Assembly: GCA_963666835.2 (NCBI GenBank)
Contig: CAXXGO010000006.1
Coordinates: 704,001 to 768,000, forward strand
Origin: Phycisphaerae bacterium
GTDB taxonomy: Bacteria > Planctomycetota > Phycisphaerae > UBA1845
DNA length: 64,000 nt
Reading direction: 5' to 3'
A program made the position numbers and the translations under genes. Below, in pieces: positions 21,268 through 29,865 of this stretch; position 1 is the stretch's first letter; each line of letters opens with the position of its first letter. The notes below the pieces were generated by a model. It searched no databases. It was not told the DNA's origin and worked only from the letters and a program-made list of their open reading frames with translations.

Positions 21268-22001
21268 CTACCGAACCAGACAGCCCGACCCGAACGTGTG
21301 TGGTATTGCAGCCCGGCTACCTGCCCTGGCTGGGGTTTTTCGAGCAGTTGTACCGCGCGGATGCATTCGTCTACCTCGATGACGTACAGTTCGACAAGCA
21401 CGGCTGGCGTAACCGTAACCAGATTAAGGGGCCGAGCGGAGCACAGTGGCTCACGGTGCCCGTGCGGATCAGCGGACTAAAGCAGCCGCGGATCAACGAC
21501 GTTTTGATCGACCGAACCAAAGCGAACTGGGCGTCTAAGCATCTCAAGAGCCTCAGTATGAACTACGGGGCCACGCCGTTTTTCGATTGGCTGTACCCCG
21601 AACTTGCGGAGATGCTGACGAGAGCGTGGACCAACCTCGCGGAGCTGGATATCGCCCTCGTGGATCTGCTCTGTGCCAAGATGTCACTGAGTCGTCAGAT
21701 AGAGCGCAGTTCGGCCTTGAACATCTCCGGCCGGCGCAATGAACGACTGATCGAGATCTGCCGCCACTTCGATTGCCGGACTTACTACACCGGAGCGGCC
21801 GCGCAGGTCTATCTCGATGTCCGCGCGTTCCGAAACGCGGGGATCGAACCGGTTTTCCAAGACTATGTCCATCCGACGTACCCGCAACGGTACGGTTCGT
21901 TCGTCTCGCACCTGTCGGTTGTCGACCTGCTGTTCAATTGCGGACCACAGAGCCTGGACGTGCTTCTTTCCGGAGCGCTGACCGCCGTTGAAGTCGGCTG
22001 A
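21264..22001 (+). CDS. WbqC family protein
   Basis: LQPGYLPWLGFF, DDVQFDKHGWRNRN, WLTVPV, YPQ, LSVVDLLFNCG. Confidence 0.92.
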   Translation: MTTEPDSPTRTCVVLQPGYLPWLGFFEQLYRADAFVYLDDVQFDKHGWRNRNQIKGPSGAQWLTVPVRISGLKQPRINDVLIDRTKANWASKHLKSLSMNYGATPFFDWLYPELAEMLTRAWTNLAELDIALVDLLCAKMSLSRQIERSSALNISGRRNERLIEICRHFDCRTYYTGAAAQVYLDVRAFRNAGIEPVFQDYVHPTYPQRYGSFVSHLSVVDLLFNCGPQSLDVLLSGALTAVEVG

Positions 22002-22012
22002 AGGGTATCTAT

Positions 22013-22618
22013 ATGTTCTCAGACGGTACGGTAACGCTGGCACCATTTGAACGGACCGATTTACCGAAGGTGCTGTCGTGGATCAACGATCCCGAGCTGT
22101 GTCGGGCCGTAGATCGCGTTTTGCCCGTGACCAGCCTTGAACACCAGTCGTGGTATGAATCGCTGGTCAAGCGGAACGATGCCGTCGCTTTCGCCATCGG
22201 CTATGACGACGAGACGATTGGGCTTTGCGGACTCAATGGCATTCATCCACGCTGCCGCCATGCGGACTTGTGGATCTACATTGGCGACGCTCATTACCGG
22301 GGGCGGGCCCTCGGACGCCGGGCCGTGTACTTGTTGTGTCGCTTCGGTTTTGAGCAACTCAATCTTCACCGAATCTGTCTGTCAGTCGTCGACGGTAACG
22401 AGATGGCCATCCGCAGCTACCTGACCTGCGGTTTTCGCGAGGAAGGGCGGGCGCGCGAGCACACTTACATCGACGGCGCCTATCGCGATATCGTGTGCAT
22501 GGGCCTGCTTTGCCATGAACTGACCGACGGCCACTCCGGCCGGCAAGGCCAAACCGTAAGCCGAGCGACCGCCGTAACCAAGCCAGCCGACGAAGTCTGC
22601 CTCCAAGGCGTCGAGTGA
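22013..22618 (+). CDS. GNAT (RimJ/RimL-like) N-acetyltransferase
   Basis: YRGRALG, LNLHRICLSV, N..AIRSY..CGFREEG. Confidence 0.88.
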   Translation: MFSDGTVTLAPFERTDLPKVLSWINDPELCRAVDRVLPVTSLEHQSWYESLVKRNDAVAFAIGYDDETIGLCGLNGIHPRCRHADLWIYIGDAHYRGRALGRRAVYLLCRFGFEQLNLHRICLSVVDGNEMAIRSYLTCGFREEGRAREHTYIDGAYRDIVCMGLLCHELTDGHSGRQGQTVSRATAVTKPADEVCLQGVE

Positions 22619-22753
22619 CTCGCGTAACGCAGGCTTGAAGCGGTTGCGGCAGGTCTCGTACCTCGACCTGCCCTATATCGCGGGTGCCCCATCCATTCCG
22701 GCATTTGCCAAGCTGGGACAGTAACGCCGGCTCCCCGCCGGAATGGGTGGGGG

Positions 22754-24680
22754 GAAAGCGCCGGTAAGCCGGTGAGGAGTAGTGGATGAGAGAGCCATAC
22801 GGTGAAGGAATAGCGAACCACACCGACCCCGAGTCATACTGTGGTGTCCGCAAGGGCATGGCGGGAGCGTTGACAGGGGCACGTGCGGGCCGGCCATTGA
22901 GCCGTGAAAGCCTTTTACTCCGGAGTGCCGACGCCGTCCCCCAAGGCGGAAGGCAACACCGGAGGGCGTCGTTAACGCGAGACGCCTTTCGGACTCCGCG
23001 CGGTCTTAGAACCCGAGCACGCACGGAAACTCCTCACGCGGAACCCGGGAGATCCCGCGTTCGGCCTCGAACATGGCATCGAGGTCCGCAGTGTGAATCC
23101 ATAGGAGCACGACACTGATGCACGGGCGCGGGAAGTCGGACAGGCCCATAGTACCGAAGAAGACTGCGAACAACGGTGATCCCCCGGCGGGGAGGTCGTC
23201 CGCGGAGCAGTTGGAGGAAAGGGGCCTGGCCAAGGGCAACTCGATTCGACACGACAGGCACCGTACGCAGAGCCGGGATCGTCTGCAAAGCGGGTTGGAT
23301 CGGGTACGACAGGCAGCGGTAAAGGATAAGGATTTACAGTTCACCACGCTTTGGCACCATGTCTATGATGTCGCTCGCCTCCGGGAGGCGTACTTGAGCC
23401 TCAAGCATGCTTCGGCACCGGGGATGGACGGCATGACATGGGAGGCGTACGGCAGGGACCTAGAAGAACACCTCTTGGATCTGTCGGCACGTCTACAGCG
23501 CGGAGCGTACCGAGCGAGGCCGGTCAAGCGGGTCTACATTCCGAAACCCGATGGACGGCAGAGACCAATAGGGATTCCCGTGTTGGAAGACAAGATCGTC
23601 CAACGGGCGATGACCGATGTGCTCTCGGCTGTCTACGAGGCAGACTTCCTCGGGTTCTCCTACGGATTTCGACCAGGACGGGACGCCCATCAGGCGTTAA
23701 GTGCCCTGACTGTCGGCATCGAGAGGAAGAAGGTGAATTGGGTGCTGGATGCAGACATTCGTGGATTCTTCGATGCCATAGACCACGATTGGCTGATCAA
23801 GTTCGTCGAGCACCGGATCGCAGACCAGCGTGTCGTGCGTCACGTGAAGAAGTGGCTGAACGCCGGCGTGCTGGAGGACGGGTGTCGAAGGGACACGGAG
23901 ACGGGGACGCCGCAGGGGGGCAGTATCAGCCCGCTATTGGCGAACATCTATCTCCATTACGCCTTCGACTTGTGGGCCCGCCAATGGCGACGGACGCAAG
24001 CTCACGGAGATGTGATTATCGTGAGATATGCGGACGACTTCGTGGTGGGATTTCAACAGCGAGAGGATGCCGAGCGGTTTCGGGATGAGCTGACGGATCG
24101 CCTCCGGAAGTTCAAGCTGGAGCTACATGCGGACAAGACTCGTCTGATTGAGTTCGGCCGTTTTGCGTCGACCAATCGCAAGCGAGAAGGCCGCGGCAAA
24201 CCGGCGACCTTCGAGTTTCTGGGTTTTCGCCACATCTGTGGCAAGACCCGGCGTGGGAGGTTCACGGTACTACGGCAGACTGTCGCGAAACGACGGCGTG
24301 CGAAGCTCAAAGCGATTAAGCAAGAGCTTCGGCGACGTATGCATGCCCCCGTCCGAGAGGTGGGCGCGTATTTGCGGGCGGTGGTTCGCGGGTACTATCA
24401 GTATTATGCGGTACCGCGGAACTACCCGGCCTTAACGGCATTTCGGGATGAGGTTGTCCGTCTTTGGCGCTGGACGCTCCGGCGTCGCAGCGAGAAGACT
24501 CGGATTACCTGGGCCCGCATGAACCGTTTGGCCAAGCAGTGGATACCTGCTCCCAAAATCCTACATCCTTACCCCGACCGACACCTGGCCGTTATGACCC
24601 AAGGCAGGAGCCCAGTGCGGTAGTCCCGCACGCTGGGATCTGTGGAGGGGGTCCCGGGTAACCGGGATTCCTACTCCGAC
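22754..24680 (+). mobile_element. Group II intron (bacterial; class E-like by inference)
   Basis: Domain V GAGCCCAGTGCGGTAGTCCCGCACGCTGGGATCTG (~24608-24642), domain VI hairpin ending CCTACTCCGAC (24680). Boundaries come from comparing the interrupted repeat with its empty copies. Confidence 0.9.
23118..24623 (+). CDS. ltrA: Group II intron reverse transcriptase/maturase (no En domain)
   Basis: APGMDG, IPKPDGRQRPIGIP, SYGFRPGR, GTPQGGSISPLLANIYL, RYADDF, FEFLGF; ends HPYP; overlaps domain V. Confidence 0.95.
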   Translation: MHGRGKSDRPIVPKKTANNGDPPAGRSSAEQLEERGLAKGNSIRHDRHRTQSRDRLQSGLDRVRQAAVKDKDLQFTTLWHHVYDVARLREAYLSLKHASAPGMDGMTWEAYGRDLEEHLLDLSARLQRGAYRARPVKRVYIPKPDGRQRPIGIPVLEDKIVQRAMTDVLSAVYEADFLGFSYGFRPGRDAHQALSALTVGIERKKVNWVLDADIRGFFDAIDHDWLIKFVEHRIADQRVVRHVKKWLNAGVLEDGCRRDTETGTPQGGSISPLLANIYLHYAFDLWARQWRRTQAHGDVIIVRYADDFVVGFQQREDAERFRDELTDRLRKFKLELHADKTRLIEFGRFASTNRKREGRGKPATFEFLGFRHICGKTRRGRFTVLRQTVAKRRRAKLKAIKQELRRRMHAPVREVGAYLRAVVRGYYQYYAVPRNYPALTAFRDEVVRLWRWTLRRRSEKTRITWARMNRLAKQWIPAPKILHPYPDRHLAVMTQGRSPVR

Positions 24681-25010
24681 ACGGACGAAAATCCGAAAAG
24701 CAACCACGCTAGGCAATCGATTCCCCACCCTTCGCCTGGTGCACGGCGCGCATCCGGCGATTGCGCCGGCATACGAGAGCTCTCGGCCTAATGCGAGACA
24801 ACCCAGGGCGAAGGACGGGGCACCCCGCTCGTACCTCGACCTGCCCTACAGCCTGCGATATGCCCCGGACCGAAGAACGCGGAACTCTCGCTTTCGAGAA
24901 CCCTGACCGAATCCCGCTGGGGCGGGCGGATGGCTACCGATTCACGGTATGGTAAACTGACGCTGCCGGGGTCAAGGTCGCCTCGGAGAGCGCTGAATCG
25001 AAGGGATATC

Positions 25011-26138
25011 ATGAGCAATAACGTTGCCTTTCGGATCATCGACGCCAACTTCAACCGGGCGCGCGAGGCACTACGTGTTATGGAGGAGTATGCCCGGTTT
25101 GTGCTTGATGACGCTGCGCTGGCATCTGAAGTCAAAGGGCTTCGCCACGACCTTGGCCGGAGTATTACGGCTTTCGAAGAGCGCGGGCAACAGGCCATGC
25201 AACCGGGAGAAACAGAATCGCTCGGGGCGGGCGCGGAAATATCACCGGGGCAGTCGGACCCCGTAATACGGCACCGGGATATCGTCGGCGATGTCGGGCG
25301 GAATGTAACCACGCCCGGGGAATATGAGCGGGCGGATCTCGGCCACGTTGCCCAAGCGGCCGGGAAACGACTTAGCGAAGCGCTGCGGGCGCTGGAGGAG
25401 TATGGTAAGACCATCCGTCCGGACTTCGCGGCCGCGATCGAGAGCCTCCGTTATCGTGGATACGAACTGGAGCGGCGAATCGGCCTGGTCACAACCGCCC
25501 GGAAGCGCTTCTCCGGAATTCGGCTGTACGTTCTCATTACCGAGGCTCTGTGCCAAAGCGACTGGTTCGCCACCGCCGAAGCGGTTCTGCGGGGCGGAGC
25601 GGACTGCCTGCAACTTCGCGAGAAAGGTTTGCCCGATCGGGAGTTGCTCGAACGGGCGCGGCGTCTTGCCGAGCTCTGCCATGAACACGAAGCACTGTTG
25701 ATTATCAATGATCGCCCGGATATCGCCGCTTTGAGCGGAGCGGACGGAGTTCACGTTGGCCAGGACGACCTCTCGGTTGCGCAGGCGCGGCGAGTCGTCC
25801 CGGCGACCGCCGTTGTGGGGATCAGCACGCACACGCGTGGGCAGTTGGATGCGGCCGTCGAGGCAGCTCCCGACTACATCGCCGTCGGACCGATGTTCGC
25901 TACGGTAACGAAGCCGCAGGAGTACCTCGCCGGTCCGCCGGCTCTGACCGCCGCTAGGAAAAGAACGGCCCTCCCATTGGTAGCCATTGGAGGGGTGGGC
26001 GAACCCAACGCCGCCGAAGTTCTTGCGGCAGCGCCCTGTTGCTTGTGTGTCTGCCGATCGGTGGTTTCCCAAACCGATAGTGAAGCCGCCGCGGCGCGCT
26101 TGCGGGAGCTGATCGACGGTGCGGCGAATACTCGTTAA
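25011..26138 (+). CDS. thiE: Thiamine-phosphate synthase with N-terminal extension (cyanobacterial/planctomycete type)
   Basis: RIIDANFNRAREALRVMEE; LQLREK, IINDRPD, GVHVGQDD, GISTH, VAIGG. Confidence 0.92.
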   Translation: MSNNVAFRIIDANFNRAREALRVMEEYARFVLDDAALASEVKGLRHDLGRSITAFEERGQQAMQPGETESLGAGAEISPGQSDPVIRHRDIVGDVGRNVTTPGEYERADLGHVAQAAGKRLSEALRALEEYGKTIRPDFAAAIESLRYRGYELERRIGLVTTARKRFSGIRLYVLITEALCQSDWFATAEAVLRGGADCLQLREKGLPDRELLERARRLAELCHEHEALLIINDRPDIAALSGADGVHVGQDDLSVAQARRVVPATAVVGISTHTRGQLDAAVEAAPDYIAVGPMFATVTKPQEYLAGPPALTAARKRTALPLVAIGGVGEPNAAEVLAAAPCCLCVCRSVVSQTDSEAAAARLRELIDGAANTR

Positions 26139-26212
26139 CGACCATCCGTAAAGCAGCGCAGGGATAGAGCCCGGTTGTGGATGGGCCCCGAGCTTCTACA
26201 TGTGCCAAAGCG

Positions 26213-27655
26213 TTAGAACATATTCCACAGGTGTTGGTTGGTTACTTCGTGGTGGAACATGACTTCACCGCGTTTGACGAGCGCGCCGAGTTCCCGCGGG
26301 CATCGATCGGCGGCCATTAGCTTCACCTCCGCAATCCTGCTTTGGCAATCCTCCCCGAGAATGGTAGCCATCCAATTGCTGGCCTTGAAGAAGCGAATGG
26401 CCTCGTAGATATCCCCCGGCAGGACCGCTGACTCTGAGCCACTCCGCGCCGAGGAAGGGGACTCACCGATGGGTCCTTCCAGCCCGGTCCGCAGCAGGGT
26501 GTAAAGCAGCAGATACGGATTGGCGTCCGGCGCGATTGAACGTAGCTCTATCCGGGCGGTGCGTTCATTGGCCAGCGGAAACCGGGCCATCGCCGCCCGA
26601 TTGGTGGCCGACGCGGTTATCTGGTTCGGGGCTTCGAAATTCGGATCCAGGCGGCGGTAGGCGTTGACGCTCGGGTTGAGTACCAGGCACATGTCGCCGG
26701 CGTTGGCCAGGATTCGCCTGATGAAGTCCCACGCTGATTCGGACAAACGGTCCTTGCCCGCGGCGTCGAAGAAGAGGTTCTTGCCCTCACGATTCAGTGA
26801 GAGGTTGCAGTGCATCCCGTTGCCGTTGATCCCGGCCTTGGGCTTGGGTAGAAACGACGCAGTCAGCCCGAGATTAGCGGCTACCTGCCGGCAGATGAGC
26901 TTGTAGAGTTGGATCTGGTCTGCGGTGACCATCGCCTCGGCAAACGCGAAGTTCATCTCGAACTGCGACGGCGCGACCTCCGGATGGTCCTTCTCGTTGA
27001 GGAAGCCCATCGCCCGCTGAGTCTCCGCGGCCCGATCGATGAACTGCCGCAGAGGGTCCTGCGGCAACGAATGGTAATAGCCGCCGGTTGAGATGAACTC
27101 GAACTGACCGGTCTCGTAATAGCGCCGTTCCGCGTCTATGCCCTTGAACAGGAACCCTTCGATCTCCGGGGCGACGTTGAGAATCACGCCTTGGTCGTGC
27201 AGAAGCTGCTCGGTAAGTTGCCTCAGGCGGGAGCGGAAGTCTGCAGGATACGGGCTGCCGTCCTGGGCGCAGACCTCCCCGAACACGATCACCTTGCCCG
27301 GGCCGAAGATGTCGGCCGGAAGCCAGTAGAACGCCGACCAGTCCACGATCAGCTTCAGGTCGGATTCACTTATCGCAGAAAACCCGCGGATGGATGATCC
27401 GTCGAAAGTGAGGTTGTCCGCCGAGGCCAGAAGGAACTTCTTGTCGTAATCGAGCATGTGGAAGCGGCCTTCGAGGTCCGAGAAACAGACCGTAACCGCC
27501 TTGATGAGCTTCTCGTCGGTCAGGTACTTGCGACGCTCCTGCTCGACCGTCTCGCGCGGGACCCGCTCCAAACGTGCGCGGCGAGCCTCGAGGTTCATCT
27601 CCTCCAGGCGTTCGTACGGAATCTCGAGAAACCCGCGAAGGTGGTTTCGTTCCAT
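26213..27655 (-). CDS. glnA: Glutamine synthetase family protein
   Basis: FSDLEG, FDGSSIRGF, HPEVAPSQFE, FLPKP..GINGNGMH, NAYRRL..FEAP, RIELRS...ANPYL. Confidence 0.9.
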   Translation of the reverse strand: MERNHLRGFLEIPYERLEEMNLEARRARLERVPRETVEQERRKYLTDEKLIKAVTVCFSDLEGRFHMLDYDKKFLLASADNLTFDGSSIRGFSAISESDLKLIVDWSAFYWLPADIFGPGKVIVFGEVCAQDGSPYPADFRSRLRQLTEQLLHDQGVILNVAPEIEGFLFKGIDAERRYYETGQFEFISTGGYYHSLPQDPLRQFIDRAAETQRAMGFLNEKDHPEVAPSQFEMNFAFAEAMVTADQIQLYKLICRQVAANLGLTASFLPKPKAGINGNGMHCNLSLNREGKNLFFDAAGKDRLSESAWDFIRRILANAGDMCLVLNPSVNAYRRLDPNFEAPNQITASATNRAAMARFPLANERTARIELRSIAPDANPYLLLYTLLRTGLEGPIGESPSSARSGSESAVLPGDIYEAIRFFKASNWMATILGEDCQSRIAEVKLMAADRCPRELGALVKRGEVMFHHEVTNQHLWNMF

Positions 27656-27979
27656 GATTACTCCATCCTGCCCGATGACTCTGTCAACCGTACCGCGGAC
27701 GATCACTCGACCATCGCCCGTCTCTACATCTCCTGTCGGCCAAACCCGGACGATCTTGGCGTAAGTTACATGTGACGCCCGATAACCACAACGGTCTCGT
27801 CAGCGGGGCGCGGTGGGTTTGGCGTCTCGATGGTACGAGCGAGTACCGCCGCAAACCCCGCGGCGAATCTCGTACCTCGGCCTTGCCGACGTTGCTGCCA
27901 CTCTCCTGGCACGAAGTTTTGTAGAGCTCGATCTGAAAGCCGGGCGCGAGTCCTGATTGTCCTACACATCATCCGACGC

Positions 27980-28276
27980 ATCCACGGACTGCAGTCGCTC
28001 GGCTTTCGAACCGGTCCACCCAGCCCAAGGGGCTAAGCGATGGACGGAGGCAAGTCCGCCATCCGCGGACGCTGCCCCCGGACCGGCCGGCGCGACCAAT
28101 CTGACCCTGCGAAGGGTCAAACGGTCCCGGCGAATTTGCCTCGTGATGCCGCCGTGCCTTGTGATGCATTCGGTAAGAGGCCGGGTAGCCGCAACAGAAG
28201 TGCGCTCTACTACCCGCATCCGGCCTCGTTGACACGTTCGGGTGGGGGCGGTAGGTTACGAAAAAGAGCGGTGGAT
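27980..28276 (+). ncRNA. Large structured ncRNA, OLE-RNA-like, apparently circularly permuted and minimised
   Basis: About ten nested helices readable by eye, including long-range ATCCAC/GTGGAT, CGCTC/GAGCG and GCTGCCCCC/GGGGGCGGT; GCGA tetraloop; motifs GAAGGGTCAAACGGTC, GGTAAG, GTAG..GCAACAGAAGTGCG..CTAC and GTAGGTTACGAAAAAGAGCGG resemble OLE RNA as recalled; terminator immediately downstream. Confidence 0.7.
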
Positions 28277-28282
28277 ATTTGT

Positions 28283-28308
28283 GGGGCCGAGCTCGGCCCC
28301 CTTTTTTT
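28283..28308 (+). terminator. Rho-independent terminator closing the putative ncRNA
   Basis: GGGGCCGAGCTCGGCCCC palindrome followed by CTTTTTTT. Confidence 0.85.
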
Positions 28309-28513
28309 GCCGGGATCAGACGATCGGCGGAACAGCGTAGCGTCGCCCTCGTTGTAATACAGCCCGGGATTCTACAACGGATTTCCGGCTTGGAGCTCGT
28401 GGCGCTACGTCACACCTGGTTCTCGGGTGTGCCACTGCTTTTTAGCAGTGCCGGGACATGGTGTGGATTGGATCCGGACCTTTACGAGTGACCAGTAATC
28501 CAGGACGCCCGGA

Positions 28514-29857
28514 ATGAGTTCTCCAACGATGCCCAACACGTGCGTCTTCGGCCTTAGCTGGGGCGACGAGGGCAAGGGTAAGCTCGTCGACCTGCTCTGC
28601 AGTAACTTCGATGTGGTTGTGCGCTTTAACGGCGGGGCCAACGCCGGGCACACGGTCTGCATCGGGGATCAGAAGTTTGCCCTTCATCTGCTCCCAACCG
28701 GCGTGCTCCGCAAAGACACTACGGGAGTAATCGGGCCCGGCGTAGTGGTCGATCCGATCACTCTGCTCGAAGAGATTGACGGCTTGGCCCAGCGCGGGAT
28801 GGACGTAACCGGCCGGCTGCGAATCAGTGATCGAGCACACCTGGTGCTGGCGTATCACAAGATCGAAGACCGCCTCAGCGAGGGGGCCGCGACCGATACC
28901 GCCCGAATCGGAACCACGGCCCGCGGAATCGGCCCGTGCTATGCCGACAAGATGAAGCGCAGTACCGCAATCCGCTTCAACGATCTCATTCACGACCCGG
29001 GGCTCGACGAGCGGGTCCGTGCGATCGTCGCTTCCCGGAAAGCGGCCTTACTGGCGATGTATGGCGACGACGGCGGGCTCGATGCCGATCGCGTGATTGC
29101 CGACATCGCCACCGCGCGATCACGCCTGGGCGAACTGGTGGGTAATACTACCGAATTCCTTCAGCAAACCATGGACTCCGGGCGGGCGATCCTTTTTGAA
29201 GGTGCCAACGGCATGCTGCTCGATGTGAACCACGGGACGTATCCGTTTGTCACTTCGAGCAACACGGGCCCGCACGGGATCGGACCGGGTGCGGGCATAC
29301 CCGCCGCCCGCGTGACCCGCTCGATCGGGGTGGCCAAGGCCTACGCCACGCGCGTCGGTGCCGGGCCGTTCGTGTCCGAGTTACACGACGAGACCGGCGA
29401 ACGAATCCGCCAGGCCGGGCACGAGTTCGGCACCACTACCGGTCGCCCCCGCCGTTGCGGCTGGTTCGACGCCGTTTCCTGCCGCTACTCGGCACAGAGA
29501 AGCGGGGCCACCGACGTTGCCCTGATGCACCTCGACACGCTTAGCGGTTTTGAGGGGGTGGGCGTTTGCGTTGCCTATCGCGTTGACGGCCATACCTATG
29601 ACACGGTAATGGCAGATGCGACGTTGCTGGCCCGGGCGGAACCGGTAGTTGAAATGGTGCCCGGTTGGAAGGAGAACCTGCGCGAGGTTCGGCAGTTCGA
29701 GGATCTGCCCGCTGCAGCCCGAAGCTACGTCCAGCGTATAGAGTCTCTGGTCCATGTTCCGGTATCCATAGTCGGGGTGGGCCCCGAGCGCGCCCAGACC
29801 TTGGCCCGTGGAGATCTTCAGAACATGTTGGAGCCGGCGGGGGATTCTGCACCTTGA
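28514..29857 (+). CDS. purA: Adenylosuccinate synthetase
   Basis: WGDEGKGK, GGANAGHT, IGTTARGIGPCYADK, HGTYPFVTSS, EFGTTTGRPRRCGWFD. Confidence 0.97.
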   Translation: MSSPTMPNTCVFGLSWGDEGKGKLVDLLCSNFDVVVRFNGGANAGHTVCIGDQKFALHLLPTGVLRKDTTGVIGPGVVVDPITLLEEIDGLAQRGMDVTGRLRISDRAHLVLAYHKIEDRLSEGAATDTARIGTTARGIGPCYADKMKRSTAIRFNDLIHDPGLDERVRAIVASRKAALLAMYGDDGGLDADRVIADIATARSRLGELVGNTTEFLQQTMDSGRAILFEGANGMLLDVNHGTYPFVTSSNTGPHGIGPGAGIPAARVTRSIGVAKAYATRVGAGPFVSELHDETGERIRQAGHEFGTTTGRPRRCGWFDAVSCRYSAQRSGATDVALMHLDTLSGFEGVGVCVAYRVDGHTYDTVMADATLLARAEPVVEMVPGWKENLREVRQFEDLPAAARSYVQRIESLVHVPVSIVGVGPERAQTLARGDLQNMLEPAGDSAP

Positions 29858-29865
29858 CTCAGTCT

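Noticed and set aside
22786..23118. 110-aa ORF upstream of the intron RT
   Set aside because: Lies within the intron's structured RNA domains; no protein features.
23118..24623. RT as retron, DGR or defence RT
   Set aside because: Full group II maturase motifs plus domains V/VI and an interrupted target site; no template/variable repeat pair or msr-msd seen.
27656..27790. Glutamine riboswitch upstream of glnA
   Set aside because: Only a simple hairpin is visible; the conserved CGGAAGTA/GAAGGAACG elements are not found.
27907..27922. sigma54 promoter TGGCACG upstream of the ncRNA
   Set aside because: The -12 position reads TG, not GC, at the required spacing.
28168..28205. RNase P RNA (CGGTAAGAG and GCAACAGAA resemble it)
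   Set aside because: Motif order is reversed relative to RNase P, and the GAGGAAAGTCC and AGAACCCGGCTTA signatures are absent.
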